Shown here one piece after another: positions 10,167 through 18,321 of a stretch of 32,921 nt of DNA. The notes beneath the pieces were generated by a model. That model was not told the DNA's origin, did no database searches, and was given only the letters and a program-made list of their open reading frames with translations. Source of the stretch: a virus (lineage: Duplodnaviria > Caudoviricetes). Made by a program: the position numbers and the translations under genes. Position 1 is the stretch's first letter; every line of letters starts with the position of its first letter. Location of the stretch: positions 1 to 32,921 of the IMG/VR virus record IMGVR_UViG_3300046778_000301. The stretch is one strand, 5' to 3'.

Positions 10167-10483
10167 TGGATAAGGTGATTAAGCTCAACAACCCCATTAC
10201 ATCGCATGGCAAGGTGATCGAAGAGGTGACAATTCGAGAGCCAAAATACAAAGAACTCGCCAAACATGGTGATATTTTTGTTTACATCCGTTATCCTGAT
10301 GGTTCTTATTGCGAGGCGAAAGACAAAGAATCTTTGTCATCGCTCATTGAAAAACTCATTTCCATCTCTCCCCTTGAGCTTGATATGCTGTCGCTAAGCG
10401 ATGGTATGCAAGTGCAGGAGGCAATCAATGATTTTTTTCTGCAAGCGCGTATGGTGATTATGAAACGCTCGCAAGAATCCTGA
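10163..10483 (+). CDS. Tail assembly chaperone (Mu gp41-like), short form
   Basis: IKLNNPI..HG..IEEVTIREP and L.LSD...V.EAI.DFF motifs; between tube and tape measure. Confidence 0.85.
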   Translation: MMDKVIKLNNPITSHGKVIEEVTIREPKYKELAKHGDIFVYIRYPDGSYCEAKDKESLSSLIEKLISISPLELDMLSLSDGMQVQEAINDFFLQARMVIMKRSQES

Positions 10484-10602
10484 TCTTCGATCTGAAAATC
10501 ATTGACGTAGGCGCGCTTCGCAACATGAGGCTTTCAGAAATTACGCATTGGATCAAGCAGGCCATCAAGTATGGCGTTTTGAAAGAAAAAAAACGTGGCT
10601 AA
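10432..10602 (+). CDS. -1 frameshift extension of the tail chaperone (gpGT/E+E'-type), ~146 aa total
   Basis: Slippery T TTT TTT at 10432-10438; the -1 frame reads SASAYGDYETLARILIFDLKIIDVGALRNMRLSEITHWIKQAIKYGVLKEKKRG* and ends at 10602, overlapping the tape-measure GTG. Confidence 0.8.
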   Translation, partial: FFSASAYGDYETLARILIFDLKIIDVGALRNMRLSEITHWIKQAIKYGVLKEKKRG

Positions 10603-12754
10603 AATTCTTGACGCAAAAGCAATTATTTCCGCTGAAGACAAAACGGGTGGTGTTTTTGCGTCGATTGCTAAAAAGTTTATGGATTTATCCAGAACAATAC
10701 AAAAGCCCATTCAAGCACCTCAAATTTCAGCAGGACACAATCGCCTTATTGGGCAACTCAAAAGGCAAGCCGATCAAGCAGCGGCATATCGCAGACCTTC
10801 AATAGGCAACATGCCTATGGCAGGCGCTGGCGTAATGGGAGCGGCTCGCTCAGCTGCGAGTAATCTTATGCCTTACGCAGGCGCTGCTGGGGTTGCTTAC
10901 GGCGCGACATCAGCTGTTCGTGAATATGCTGAACTGGAGCGCGTTTATACGCGCCTTGGGCTCACAGCGGGTGCATCGCGTGAGGAAATGGTTAAAGTGC
11001 GTGAAGAAGCGCAAACTTTGGCAAATAAAGTGGCGATGCCTTTGGATAGCGTCACAAAAGGGTATGAATCTCTCGCAGCCCAAGGGCGCAAAATGAAAGA
11101 CATTCAAGCGTTTATGCCATCGGTTGCCGCAACTGCGCAAGCCTCTGGCGCTGAAGTTGTTGATATTGCCAATACTGCGGGTGCTGTTGGTGAGGCATTT
11201 AAGATCAGTGGCAAAGAAATGCAAAAGGCTTTTGATATTATGGTCAAAGGCGGGCAAGAAGGGAAATTCGAACTTAAAAACATGGCGCAATACTTGCCTT
11301 CGCTCGCGCCTGCAGGTGCTGCTGTCGGGCTTAAAGGTCAAGAGGGTTTAAGCCAAATGGTTGCGACCTTGCAAGTTATTCGCAACCAAACAGGTGGGGC
11401 ACAAGAAGCTGCAGCCTCAATGAGTAATATCTTCCAAAAAATGGAATCGGAAGAAACGGCAAATAAATTTAAAAAATTTGGTATTGATCTGCGCAAAGAA
11501 ATGGAGAGTGCTCGCAAGGAAGGCAAAAATCTTTTGAGCTTTTTCGTAGAGCTCTCTGATAAAGCGACGAAGGGAGACTTGTCAAAGATTCCTCAATTGT
11601 TTGCGGACTCGGAATTTTCACGCGGGATGCGTGCGCTTTTGTCGCAAAAGGGCGAGGTTGAAAAGCTTATGGCTTTGCTTAAGGGCGCAGGTGGCACTGT
11701 CGACAACAACCTTAAGCGCGTGCTTGAAGATAGTAAAACAGGTGTGGATAGGCTTTCTGGATCATGGTCTAAGTTTAAAGTTCAACTTGGAGAATCCGCG
11801 TCTGTTCCTCTCGTTCCTGTTTTAGAGGGCTTAGCGCATACTCTGCAAAAATTATCAGACGATAAAACTTGGAGTAAGATTGCTAATCATGCAAGAAACC
11901 TCGTTGTTTACGGGCAAAATTCAGATATGCCAGCGGCTCAAGCGTTTGAAGAATATAACAAAAACAAAGATCATCAAAAAATTATTGATTATTATGATGG
12001 GCTTAAAAAACAGGCAAGTATTGCTAAAAAAGAGTTTGATAAAGCGCAAGCGCGGGTTGGACGGCTGGATGAGAACAAATACATAAAAACATCTTCCCAT
12101 TATAAGAACATAGAAGCTGAGCGTGATCAAAAGAAACAAGTTTTTGATCAAAAAGTCGGTGCGTATAATGACGCGATGGGTTTGCGCGATTCCATTCTTG
12201 CCAAAGAAAAACAATGGGGCGATGTGCGCGAGAAGCAGCAGAGTACTGCGCGACTGAAAATGGTGCAGGCAGAGCAGCAAAAAGAGAATTATAAAGGGCG
12301 TCAAATTTTCGGCAATTTTAGCTCAAAGCCGTCGATGGGGGTAAAAACCACGGGACATAATTTGGTTGATGGGAAATTGGTTGAGGGAAAACCATACACC
12401 AGCATCAGTTATGACGGCTTGGACGGAGGGTTTAAGCCCTCCTTTTCATTGCCTCACCCAGCGCCGCCTCAGCGCCCTGCTGATCTCACTCCGACGCTTA
12501 AAAGCATTGAGGCTATTTTTAGTGGTGGAAAAATTGAGGCAACGGTTAAGCCTGATCAGGTTAAAGCTTCGGTAACGGGTGAGGCTATTCTTAAAAACCA
12601 GCATCAAATTGATGTCAACGTGCAGTTCAACACGGAAATGTTCAACGCAGCTGTAAGGCGTATTGCAAAAGAGGAAACCGCAAAAATCCCCTTATCATCA
12701 CAAACAAGTGCAGGCTCAACAGGAAAAACCATGCCAGAAGTTGGCGGGCAATAA
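10595..12754 (+). CDS. Tail tape measure protein (719 aa)
   Basis: Ala/Gly-rich helical protein with a TP901-type core (AFDIMVKGGQEGKFELKNMAQYLPSL); synteny. Confidence 0.92.
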   Translation: MAKILDAKAIISAEDKTGGVFASIAKKFMDLSRTIQKPIQAPQISAGHNRLIGQLKRQADQAAAYRRPSIGNMPMAGAGVMGAARSAASNLMPYAGAAGVAYGATSAVREYAELERVYTRLGLTAGASREEMVKVREEAQTLANKVAMPLDSVTKGYESLAAQGRKMKDIQAFMPSVAATAQASGAEVVDIANTAGAVGEAFKISGKEMQKAFDIMVKGGQEGKFELKNMAQYLPSLAPAGAAVGLKGQEGLSQMVATLQVIRNQTGGAQEAAASMSNIFQKMESEETANKFKKFGIDLRKEMESARKEGKNLLSFFVELSDKATKGDLSKIPQLFADSEFSRGMRALLSQKGEVEKLMALLKGAGGTVDNNLKRVLEDSKTGVDRLSGSWSKFKVQLGESASVPLVPVLEGLAHTLQKLSDDKTWSKIANHARNLVVYGQNSDMPAAQAFEEYNKNKDHQKIIDYYDGLKKQASIAKKEFDKAQARVGRLDENKYIKTSSHYKNIEAERDQKKQVFDQKVGAYNDAMGLRDSILAKEKQWGDVREKQQSTARLKMVQAEQQKENYKGRQIFGNFSSKPSMGVKTTGHNLVDGKLVEGKPYTSISYDGLDGGFKPSFSLPHPAPPQRPADLTPTLKSIEAIFSGGKIEATVKPDQVKASVTGEAILKNQHQIDVNVQFNTEMFNAAVRRIAKEETAKIPLSSQTSAGSTGKTMPEVGGQ

Positions 12755-12755
12755 G

Positions 12756-13028
12756 TTAGTCTTTTTTATTTTGCTTGGCGATAGTATCCAACAAATTTAT
12801 CATTTTTTCCATATTCTTGCGTGTGCGGTTTTGTGCATAAAGCATTTCAAGAAATCCAACGCACAGAATTACTGAAATCCATGCTAGTATACCGGAAAGA
12901 GCAGCTGGAGTAAATTTGCCAATGACTGGCTCTATAGGAGCTACAATTAGCACTACAATCGACACACACAGCATTAGAACCAGTTTAATCACGGCGATCT
13001 CCCGTTTAAGTTGTGAGGGATGATACAT
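12756..13028 (-). CDS. Small two-TM membrane protein (moron)
   Basis: Two hydrophobic stretches and a basic C-terminal tail; antisense to the late operon; appears AT-rich. Confidence 0.6.
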   Translation of the reverse strand: MYHPSQLKREIAVIKLVLMLCVSIVVLIVAPIEPVIGKFTPAALSGILAWISVILCVGFLEMLYAQNRTRKNMEKMINLLDTIAKQNKKD

Positions 13029-13043
13029 ATCGCGCGATAAGAG

Positions 13044-13238
13044 TCACGAAGTTTTTTTAAGAAAGGTTTCTAAGATGCGGCGGATCGCCTCGGGGCGGTT
13101 CGGCAAATCGGGCTGCTCACGTCGGTAATTGTCTAGTGTTATCAAAAGATGGTCTTGAAGGCGAACACCAACAAGAGTCCCGGTTTCTTTAGGGCGTGGC
13201 TTTCGCGTTTTCATGTTATCGTGAGTTGACTGTTTCAT
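13044..13238 (-). CDS. Ribbon-helix-helix (CopG/Arc-like) DNA-binding protein
   Basis: GTLVGVRLQ..LL..LD.YR..QPDLPNRPEAIRRIL pattern; start at 13238 or 13214 is more likely than 13346. Confidence 0.75.
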   Translation of the reverse strand: MKQSTHDNMKTRKPRPKETGTLVGVRLQDHLLITLDNYRREQPDLPNRPEAIRRILETFLKKTS

Positions 13239-13253
13239 ATGTACGTGATAACA
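13214..13253. promoter_or_regulatory. Divergent promoter/operator region
   Basis: TTGACT at 13226-13231 is bracketed by the inverted repeat TGTTATC (13214-13220) / GATAACA (13247-13253); another TGTTATC at 13137-13143. Confidence 0.45.
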
Positions 13254-13264
13254 CGAATATAACA

Positions 13265-13297
13265 AACCGCCAAGGTGTAACGAGCACCAAGGCGGTT
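13265..13297 (+). other. Leader hairpin
   Basis: AACCGCC-AA-GGTG-TAACGAG-CACC-AA-GGCGGTT, about 30 nt upstream of the ATG at 13329. Confidence 0.6.
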
Positions 13298-13328
13298 CTA
13301 ACCTTAACGAACTAACACGGAGATCGTC

Positions 13329-13709
13329 ATGGCTACTCAAGCCCATATCATAAGTCGCCGCGTAGCTCTAGCGGCATTTGCTGTTTTGCCGTCTGTTGCG
13401 CTTGCTTCTTCTCTTGTTCCCTCTTCTCTTGTTCCTTCTTCTCTTGTGGGGGAGATTGAACACGTTAACATGCTGGTGCTCTCGGATGGTGGGCAGCATA
13501 TTGATGTGCATTATCCCCGTTATGCGGATGTGTTGCGCAAGATTGAAGAATTGCCCTCAGATTCGCTTGAAAACCTGCGCACAAAGGCGCGGGCGCTCAA
13601 GACGATTTATGGCAGCGATACGCTGCTTGACGATGCAGGTGAGAGCACGGATGTGCGCCTTGCGCGGCAAATTATCAACGGGCTGCTCGCGTTGCCTGTT
13701 GTTGCCTGA
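13329..13709 (+). CDS. Hypothetical protein with a twin-arginine-like N-terminus
   Basis: SRRVAL followed by a hydrophobic stretch and ALA; SD GGAG; contains SSLVP repeats. Confidence 0.65.
   Translation: MATQAHIISRRVALAAFAVLPSVALASSLVPSSLVPSSLVGEIEHVNMLVLSDGGQHIDVHYPRYADVLRKIEELPSDSLENLRTKARALKTIYGSDTLLDDAGESTDVRLARQIINGLLALPVVA
13407..13447 (+). repeat. 15-bp in-frame tandem repeat (about 2.7 copies)
   Basis: TCTTCTCTTGTTCCC TCTTCTCTTGTTCCT TCTTCTCTTGT, encoding SSLVP-SSLVP-SSLV. Confidence 0.9.
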
Positions 13710-13762
13710 TTTGACGAATATTTGAATTCCCCACGCCATGGGGAAACGGCAGACTCCAAGAG

Positions 13763-13833
13763 CTTCACTGGCTCTGGCGCTGCTTAAGTGTGGCTGCCCT
13801 GCCGTTGGGTGTTGGTGGCCAGAGCCAGTGAGG
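13763..13833 (+). ncRNA. Candidate C4-like antisense RNA no. 2 (upstream of rha)
   Basis: 14-bp closing stem 13765-13778/13818-13831 encloses two small hairpins; CTGCCGTT (13799-13806) is complementary to upstream AACGGCAG (13745-13752). Confidence 0.55.
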
Positions 13834-13835
13834 AA

Positions 13836-13890
13836 CAGCGCATGGTACACAAAAGTGTATCGCGGTTTTGCAAAATACCATGTGCCTCAA
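13836..13890 (+). repeat. Bru-RS1/RIME-like palindromic intergenic element, copy 1
   Basis: GCGCATGGTA...TACCATGTGC stem around the core CAAAAGTGTATCGCGGTTTTG. Confidence 0.6.
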
Positions 13891-13904
13891 ACAAGGAAAA
13901 AATA

Positions 13905-14837
13905 ATGACACAAGCCCAAAAATCTTATAGCGCCCACAGCGACGCACTCCCTACTCCGATTGTGTTTTTGAAAGAAGATCGCGTGTTTGCCAACAGTCGC
14001 GATGTGGCGCGTATTTTTGAAAAAAATCACAGAGACGTATTGCGAGACATCGATAACCTCCTTGAATCAGAGCCAAGTCTTATAGCAGAGGGTATGCGCA
14101 ATTTTGCGCAGACCCCTTATGTGGAAGAGCAGAACGGTCAAACCTATCGCTCCTTCGATATGGATCGCAAAGGCTTTGTGTTGTTGGCGATGGGGTTTAC
14201 AGGTGAGAAGGCACTCAAATTCAAAATCGCCTACATCGATGCGTTTGACGCCATGGAAAAGCGTCTTGAAAATGAGGATGAGTTGTTTGGTTTTGATGCA
14301 ATTGAGAATCAGTATTTATGGAAATCGCCGATTAGAAAAATCAGTGCAGCATCAAAAATGATCGCGTGTGCGCGGATGGTATATGGTGAAGAAGCTGCGC
14401 GGCGTTTGTGGGAAAAAGACAAAACACTTCCGCAAATCAAAAGTTATTCTGTTGCGGCGCTTGTCAGCACGCCAAATGACGATTGGCGCGGATGCTGGAA
14501 TCACCTTATGCGCTATGCGGGGCATAAGCGCCAAAACATTCGTGAAATTTTGTATTTGGCACGATATGATAAGGTTGCGGCAAAAGCCTTGCCTCAATAT
14601 GGTTTGATCTTACACTTGCACAGTGCGCCTGAACATCTGGTTGTTGCCTGCTCGCATCCATTTTTGCAAAAAGCATTTGCCATGACACAATGGGCTGATA
14701 ACTGGCATAAAGCTTTAAAACATGCTCCCAATGCAATTGGTGGACGTAAACAATATCGTTTTTTGGGTGTTGATTCATTCGCAATCCTTATTCCAGTTGA
14801 TGAGCTCGACAATCTCCTTGCGTTGGGTCGACATTAA
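13905..14837 (+). CDS. rha: Rha-family phage regulator/antirepressor (310 aa)
   Basis: ANSRDVARIFEKNHRDVLRDIDNL and MDRKGFVLLAMGFTGEKALKFKIAYIDAFDAME motifs; SD AAGGA before ATG 13905. Confidence 0.88.
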   Translation: MTQAQKSYSAHSDALPTPIVFLKEDRVFANSRDVARIFEKNHRDVLRDIDNLLESEPSLIAEGMRNFAQTPYVEEQNGQTYRSFDMDRKGFVLLAMGFTGEKALKFKIAYIDAFDAMEKRLENEDELFGFDAIENQYLWKSPIRKISAASKMIACARMVYGEEAARRLWEKDKTLPQIKSYSVAALVSTPNDDWRGCWNHLMRYAGHKRQNIREILYLARYDKVAAKALPQYGLILHLHSAPEHLVVACSHPFLQKAFAMTQWADNWHKALKHAPNAIGGRKQYRFLGVDSFAILIPVDELDNLLALGRH

Positions 14838-14852
14838 AAAAAAGGCATATTC

Positions 14853-16061
14853 ATGCGCGATTGGTCTAAAACACTCTGGCCTGCCAGCTTTAAGGGTGTG
14901 CCGTTTTATGTGCAGAGTGACAAGGAGTCGGGCAAGCGGCGCATCGTATCCCACGAGTTCCCCATGCGCGATGATCCTTTTCATGAGGATTTGGGCGAGG
15001 GTATCCGCTCTTATGATGTGACGGCGTATATCGCATCTGATTTTGCCGACACGCAAGGACAAGCGCTTCTCGCCACGTGTGCACAACGCGGCGCAGGGCT
15101 GCTTGTTTTGCCAATCAATGGCCCTGTGCAGGTAAAATGCGAGACGTTTGAGCGCTCACATGAAAAAGACAGGCTCGGGTATATCGCGTTTTCGCTCAAG
15201 TTTTTGCGCGAGGGTGCTTTAACCGCGTTGATCTCAAGTGGGTTTTTGCAACAGCAGGTGATCAGCTTTGCGAGTACGCTTGCGCTATCGGCGAGTAGCG
15301 CGTTTGAGGTTTTGAGTTTTGCCAAGGATCAACCTGATTTTGTGGTGGAAGCAGGCGTTCATGAAATTGAAAATGCGCTCACGGTTTTAGAAACCGTGCG
15401 TGTGTCTTCTCCTGTTGATCCTGTTGTGAGTGCAAGCTTGCGCGATACATTGATTGCGTTTTTCAGTGATGCGCCACAACTTTTTAGCCGCACAAATGGC
15501 GCGGATGCCGCGTTTGTGATACGTTTTTTTGATGCAACGCTTGCGCTCAATGATGGTTTGCCTGATGCAAGCGCGTCTGATGTGATTGCGCCACTGCTTG
15601 ATCAATTTGCGCCTGTGATTGTTCGTGGATTTGAGCCGATTTATACACAGCGTGCCAGCGCCAATATCAACGCGGTGCGTTTATGCGTGCGTATGGCACT
15701 CATGGCAGCGTATGCCGATGGTGTTATTCGGCGCTCATACACGGATCGACCGCAAGGGCTTAATGCTCGTGCGCTTGCATCTATGCGTTTTGAATATGAG
15801 ATGGATATGACGGTTGGTGCAGAAAGTGCGGAATTGTTTCGTGATCTCGCAACGCTTCGCGGGCTTGTGATGGATTTTTTCACACGCACAATTGTTGATC
15901 TTGCGCCCGTGATTGAGGTCAAAGCAAACGCGCCGCTGCCTGCAATTGTTCATGCTTGGCGGCTTTATAGCGATCCGCTCAGGGCTGGGGAGCTGGTAGC
16001 GCGTAACAACGTGCCGCATCCTGCTTTTATGCCACCGACTTTTGAGGCATTGGCGCGATGA
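14853..16061 (+). CDS. DNA circularisation protein (Mu gpN-like)
   Basis: W...LWPASFKGVPF, HEFP.RD.P..EDLG and C-terminal LYSDP.RA.ELV.RN...HP.F.P motifs. Confidence 0.9.
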   Translation: MRDWSKTLWPASFKGVPFYVQSDKESGKRRIVSHEFPMRDDPFHEDLGEGIRSYDVTAYIASDFADTQGQALLATCAQRGAGLLVLPINGPVQVKCETFERSHEKDRLGYIAFSLKFLREGALTALISSGFLQQQVISFASTLALSASSAFEVLSFAKDQPDFVVEAGVHEIENALTVLETVRVSSPVDPVVSASLRDTLIAFFSDAPQLFSRTNGADAAFVIRFFDATLALNDGLPDASASDVIAPLLDQFAPVIVRGFEPIYTQRASANINAVRLCVRMALMAAYADGVIRRSYTDRPQGLNARALASMRFEYEMDMTVGAESAELFRDLATLRGLVMDFFTRTIVDLAPVIEVKANAPLPAIVHAWRLYSDPLRAGELVARNNVPHPAFMPPTFEALAR

Positions 16062-16118
16062 ATATGCTGAGCATATTGAGCAAAAGTGTGAAGCGGTTTT
16101 GAGTTAAAAATATGCGAG
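16061..16118 (+). repeat. Bru-RS1/RIME-like palindromic intergenic element, copy 2
   Basis: GAGCATATT GAG CAAAAGTGTGAAGCGGTTTTG ... AATATGCG; shares 18 of 21 core nt with copy 1. Confidence 0.65.
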
Positions 16119-16131
16119 AATTATTAAATAA

Positions 16132-17193
16132 ATGAACGGACCGCAAGAAGTCATCACTGTTGCGGCAAACGGAACGCGCTACAGCGCGTGGACGCGCGTG
16201 CAAATCAACGCCGCCATGAACGAAGCGGCGCGTTCGTTTCGCTTGGAAGTGGCGGCGGAAGCAGGCGCAATCGCCACGGCGTGGACATTTAAAGCGGGAA
16301 CGCTCGTTGAGGTTTATGCAGGAAGTGATTTGATCTGCAAAGGTTATGTGGATGAATATAACCCGTCCATCAGCAAGGATACAGCGCAGGTTAATATTGC
16401 GGGGCGCTCGAAAAGCGCTGATCTGATTGATTCATCCGCGACACACAAAACGGGTCGGTTCGATAAAAAGAACCTGCAAGAGATTGGCAAAGAGCTTGAT
16501 CAGGCAGGTGTTGGAATCACCACAGATCAGACTTTGGAAAAGATTGATTTTTACCAACTGACGCAAGGCGAGAGTGTGTTTCGCGTTCTTGAAAAACTCG
16601 CGCGATCACAGGGTTTAACGCTGATGGGTGAGGCTGATGGCTCGCTCAAAATCACGAAGGCAAGCCAAAAGCGCCATGCGGGATCGATTATTGAGGGCAT
16701 TAATCTCCTCTCAGGTGAGGCAAACCACAATTTTGGCAATCGGCATTCAAAATATATTGTCAAAGGTCAAAAAGCATCGGGAAGCGGCGCACAATCGCTT
16801 GAAATTGAAGCGATTGCCCGTGATGCGGGTGTGGGGAGAAACCGCCCGATCATCATTATTCAGGACGATGACACCACAAAAGAGAAGGCAAAAAAACGCG
16901 CCAAAGGGCGGCGCGATCGTGCGGCGGGTGCAAGCCTCAAAGCCAGCATTACAATGCAAGGTTGGCGTGATGATGCAGGGGAATTGTGGCAACCAAACCG
17001 CCTGATCTGGTTGGAATCGCCGTTCCTCTACGTCAAGCAAGATATGCTGATTGAGAGTATTGCTTTTGGGCAGGATTCAGGTGGCACGACGGCGAAACTC
17101 TCGCTTGTCGATCCACGCACTTACGGGGGGAAAACGAGCAAAGCCGCAAAATCGGGCGATGCTTGGAAACAAGATGATAGTGAGGCGGAGTAG
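16132..17193 (+). CDS. Baseplate hub protein (Mu gpP-like)
   Basis: Y.AW..V.I, GRSKSADLIDSS, GESVF..LE..AR and QGWRD..G.LWQPN motifs. Confidence 0.9.
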   Translation: MNGPQEVITVAANGTRYSAWTRVQINAAMNEAARSFRLEVAAEAGAIATAWTFKAGTLVEVYAGSDLICKGYVDEYNPSISKDTAQVNIAGRSKSADLIDSSATHKTGRFDKKNLQEIGKELDQAGVGITTDQTLEKIDFYQLTQGESVFRVLEKLARSQGLTLMGEADGSLKITKASQKRHAGSIIEGINLLSGEANHNFGNRHSKYIVKGQKASGSGAQSLEIEAIARDAGVGRNRPIIIIQDDDTTKEKAKKRAKGRRDRAAGASLKASITMQGWRDDAGELWQPNRLIWLESPFLYVKQDMLIESIAFGQDSGGTTAKLSLVDPRTYGGKTSKAAKSGDAWKQDDSEAE

Positions 17194-17224
17194 CGCTTCA
17201 ACCCAAAAAGTGGACGGATAAAAA

Positions 17225-17734
17225 ATGTCAGATGAAAGCGACGCTGCAATCAAAAACATGCTGCGGCGGGCAACGCTTGTTGAAGTGGATGATAGCGGCA
17301 CGCAGCAAAAGATGCGGCTCAAGGGCGTAAGCGGCGAAGAGCTGAGAGAAGTGGTGCGCATTCAGCCTTACGGCTTTACGTCTCACCCGCCTGCTGGTTC
17401 TGAAGGTCTGCTCATGAACCTTGGTGGTCGCTCTGATCGCGCTGTGGTGATTGGCGTGGAGCATCCACAATCACGCCCCAAAGGATTAGGCGCGGGGTCG
17501 CAAGCAATTTATGACCAGCATGGCAATATTGTCTCGCTGGTGCAAGGCAAAGCAAATTTTAAACACACAACTGAAATTGTTCTTGAAGCGGGCGGCACGA
17601 CGCTCACCATCAATGCGGCGGGTGTAACGATCACCGGGGCTCGCGTTGAGCACGACGGTAAAAACATAGGCAAGACTCACACGCACTCAGGGATTGTGCG
17701 AGGTGGGGCAAACACTGACCCGCCAAACCCATAA
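17225..17734 (+). CDS. Baseplate spike (Mu gp45-like)
   Basis: QPYGFTSHPP.GSEG, GGRSD and C-terminal HTH.G (HxH metal-binding tip). Confidence 0.9.
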   Translation: MSDESDAAIKNMLRRATLVEVDDSGTQQKMRLKGVSGEELREVVRIQPYGFTSHPPAGSEGLLMNLGGRSDRAVVIGVEHPQSRPKGLGAGSQAIYDQHGNIVSLVQGKANFKHTTEIVLEAGGTTLTINAAGVTITGARVEHDGKNIGKTHTHSGIVRGGANTDPPNP

Positions 17735-17749
17735 ACATAAGGTTTTACC

Positions 17750-18301
17750 ATGTCGATTTTAACATACCGTCTCAATGAGGGGTGTGGCGAACAGCCCTCT
17801 TTACTTTGGGACAGTGTGTGGAATCCCCTCGACGGTCAAGGAGATTGGGCGCTTGCGGGTGCGGATGAAGCGCAAAACCGTGGTGGTTTGAAGGCTACAA
17901 AAGCCATTCACACAGCGGTTTTAATCGCGCTGTTTACCGATAAGCGCGTGCCTGATGAACACCCGTTACGCTATCTCGCAGACAATGATCCGCGCGGCTG
18001 GTGGGGTGATGGTGTCGATGTGCGTGCTGATTTGGGTGAAGCACCGCTTGGCTCTCTGCTCTGGCTTTTGCAGCGCGCACCGCTTGATGCATCCACAGAG
18101 CAATGGGCAATTGCGTTTGCGCAAGGGGCGCTTTACCCGCTGATCGCGCAGCAAGTTGTTACAAAAATTGAGGTGGAGGCCACGGCCAACAAACTCAAGA
18201 ATCGCCTTGAGATGCTTGTTCGTCTTTATGGGCGCGACGGAAAACTTGTTTATGACGAGCGCTTCCAGAGTTTGTGGGATCAAATCTCACCCGCTTCTTA
18301 A
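17750..18301 (+). CDS. Mu gp46-like baseplate protein
   Basis: TAVLIALFTD.R, DPRGWWGD and GSLLWLL.R motifs. Confidence 0.9.
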   Translation: MSILTYRLNEGCGEQPSLLWDSVWNPLDGQGDWALAGADEAQNRGGLKATKAIHTAVLIALFTDKRVPDEHPLRYLADNDPRGWWGDGVDVRADLGEAPLGSLLWLLQRAPLDASTEQWAIAFAQGALYPLIAQQVVTKIEVEATANKLKNRLEMLVRLYGRDGKLVYDERFQSLWDQISPAS

Positions 18302-18321
18302 CAACTTGGATATTTGAGCAC

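Noticed and set aside
13752-13756. GANTC (CcrM) sites within both a1b1 leaders (13752 and 28061)
   Set aside because: GANTC occurs many times across the window; enrichment cannot be shown by eye.
17191-17214. Possible third truncated RIME-like repeat (TAGCGCTTCAACCCAAAAAGTGGA)
   Set aside because: Only AAAAGTG matches; the CGGTTTTG half and closing stem are missing.
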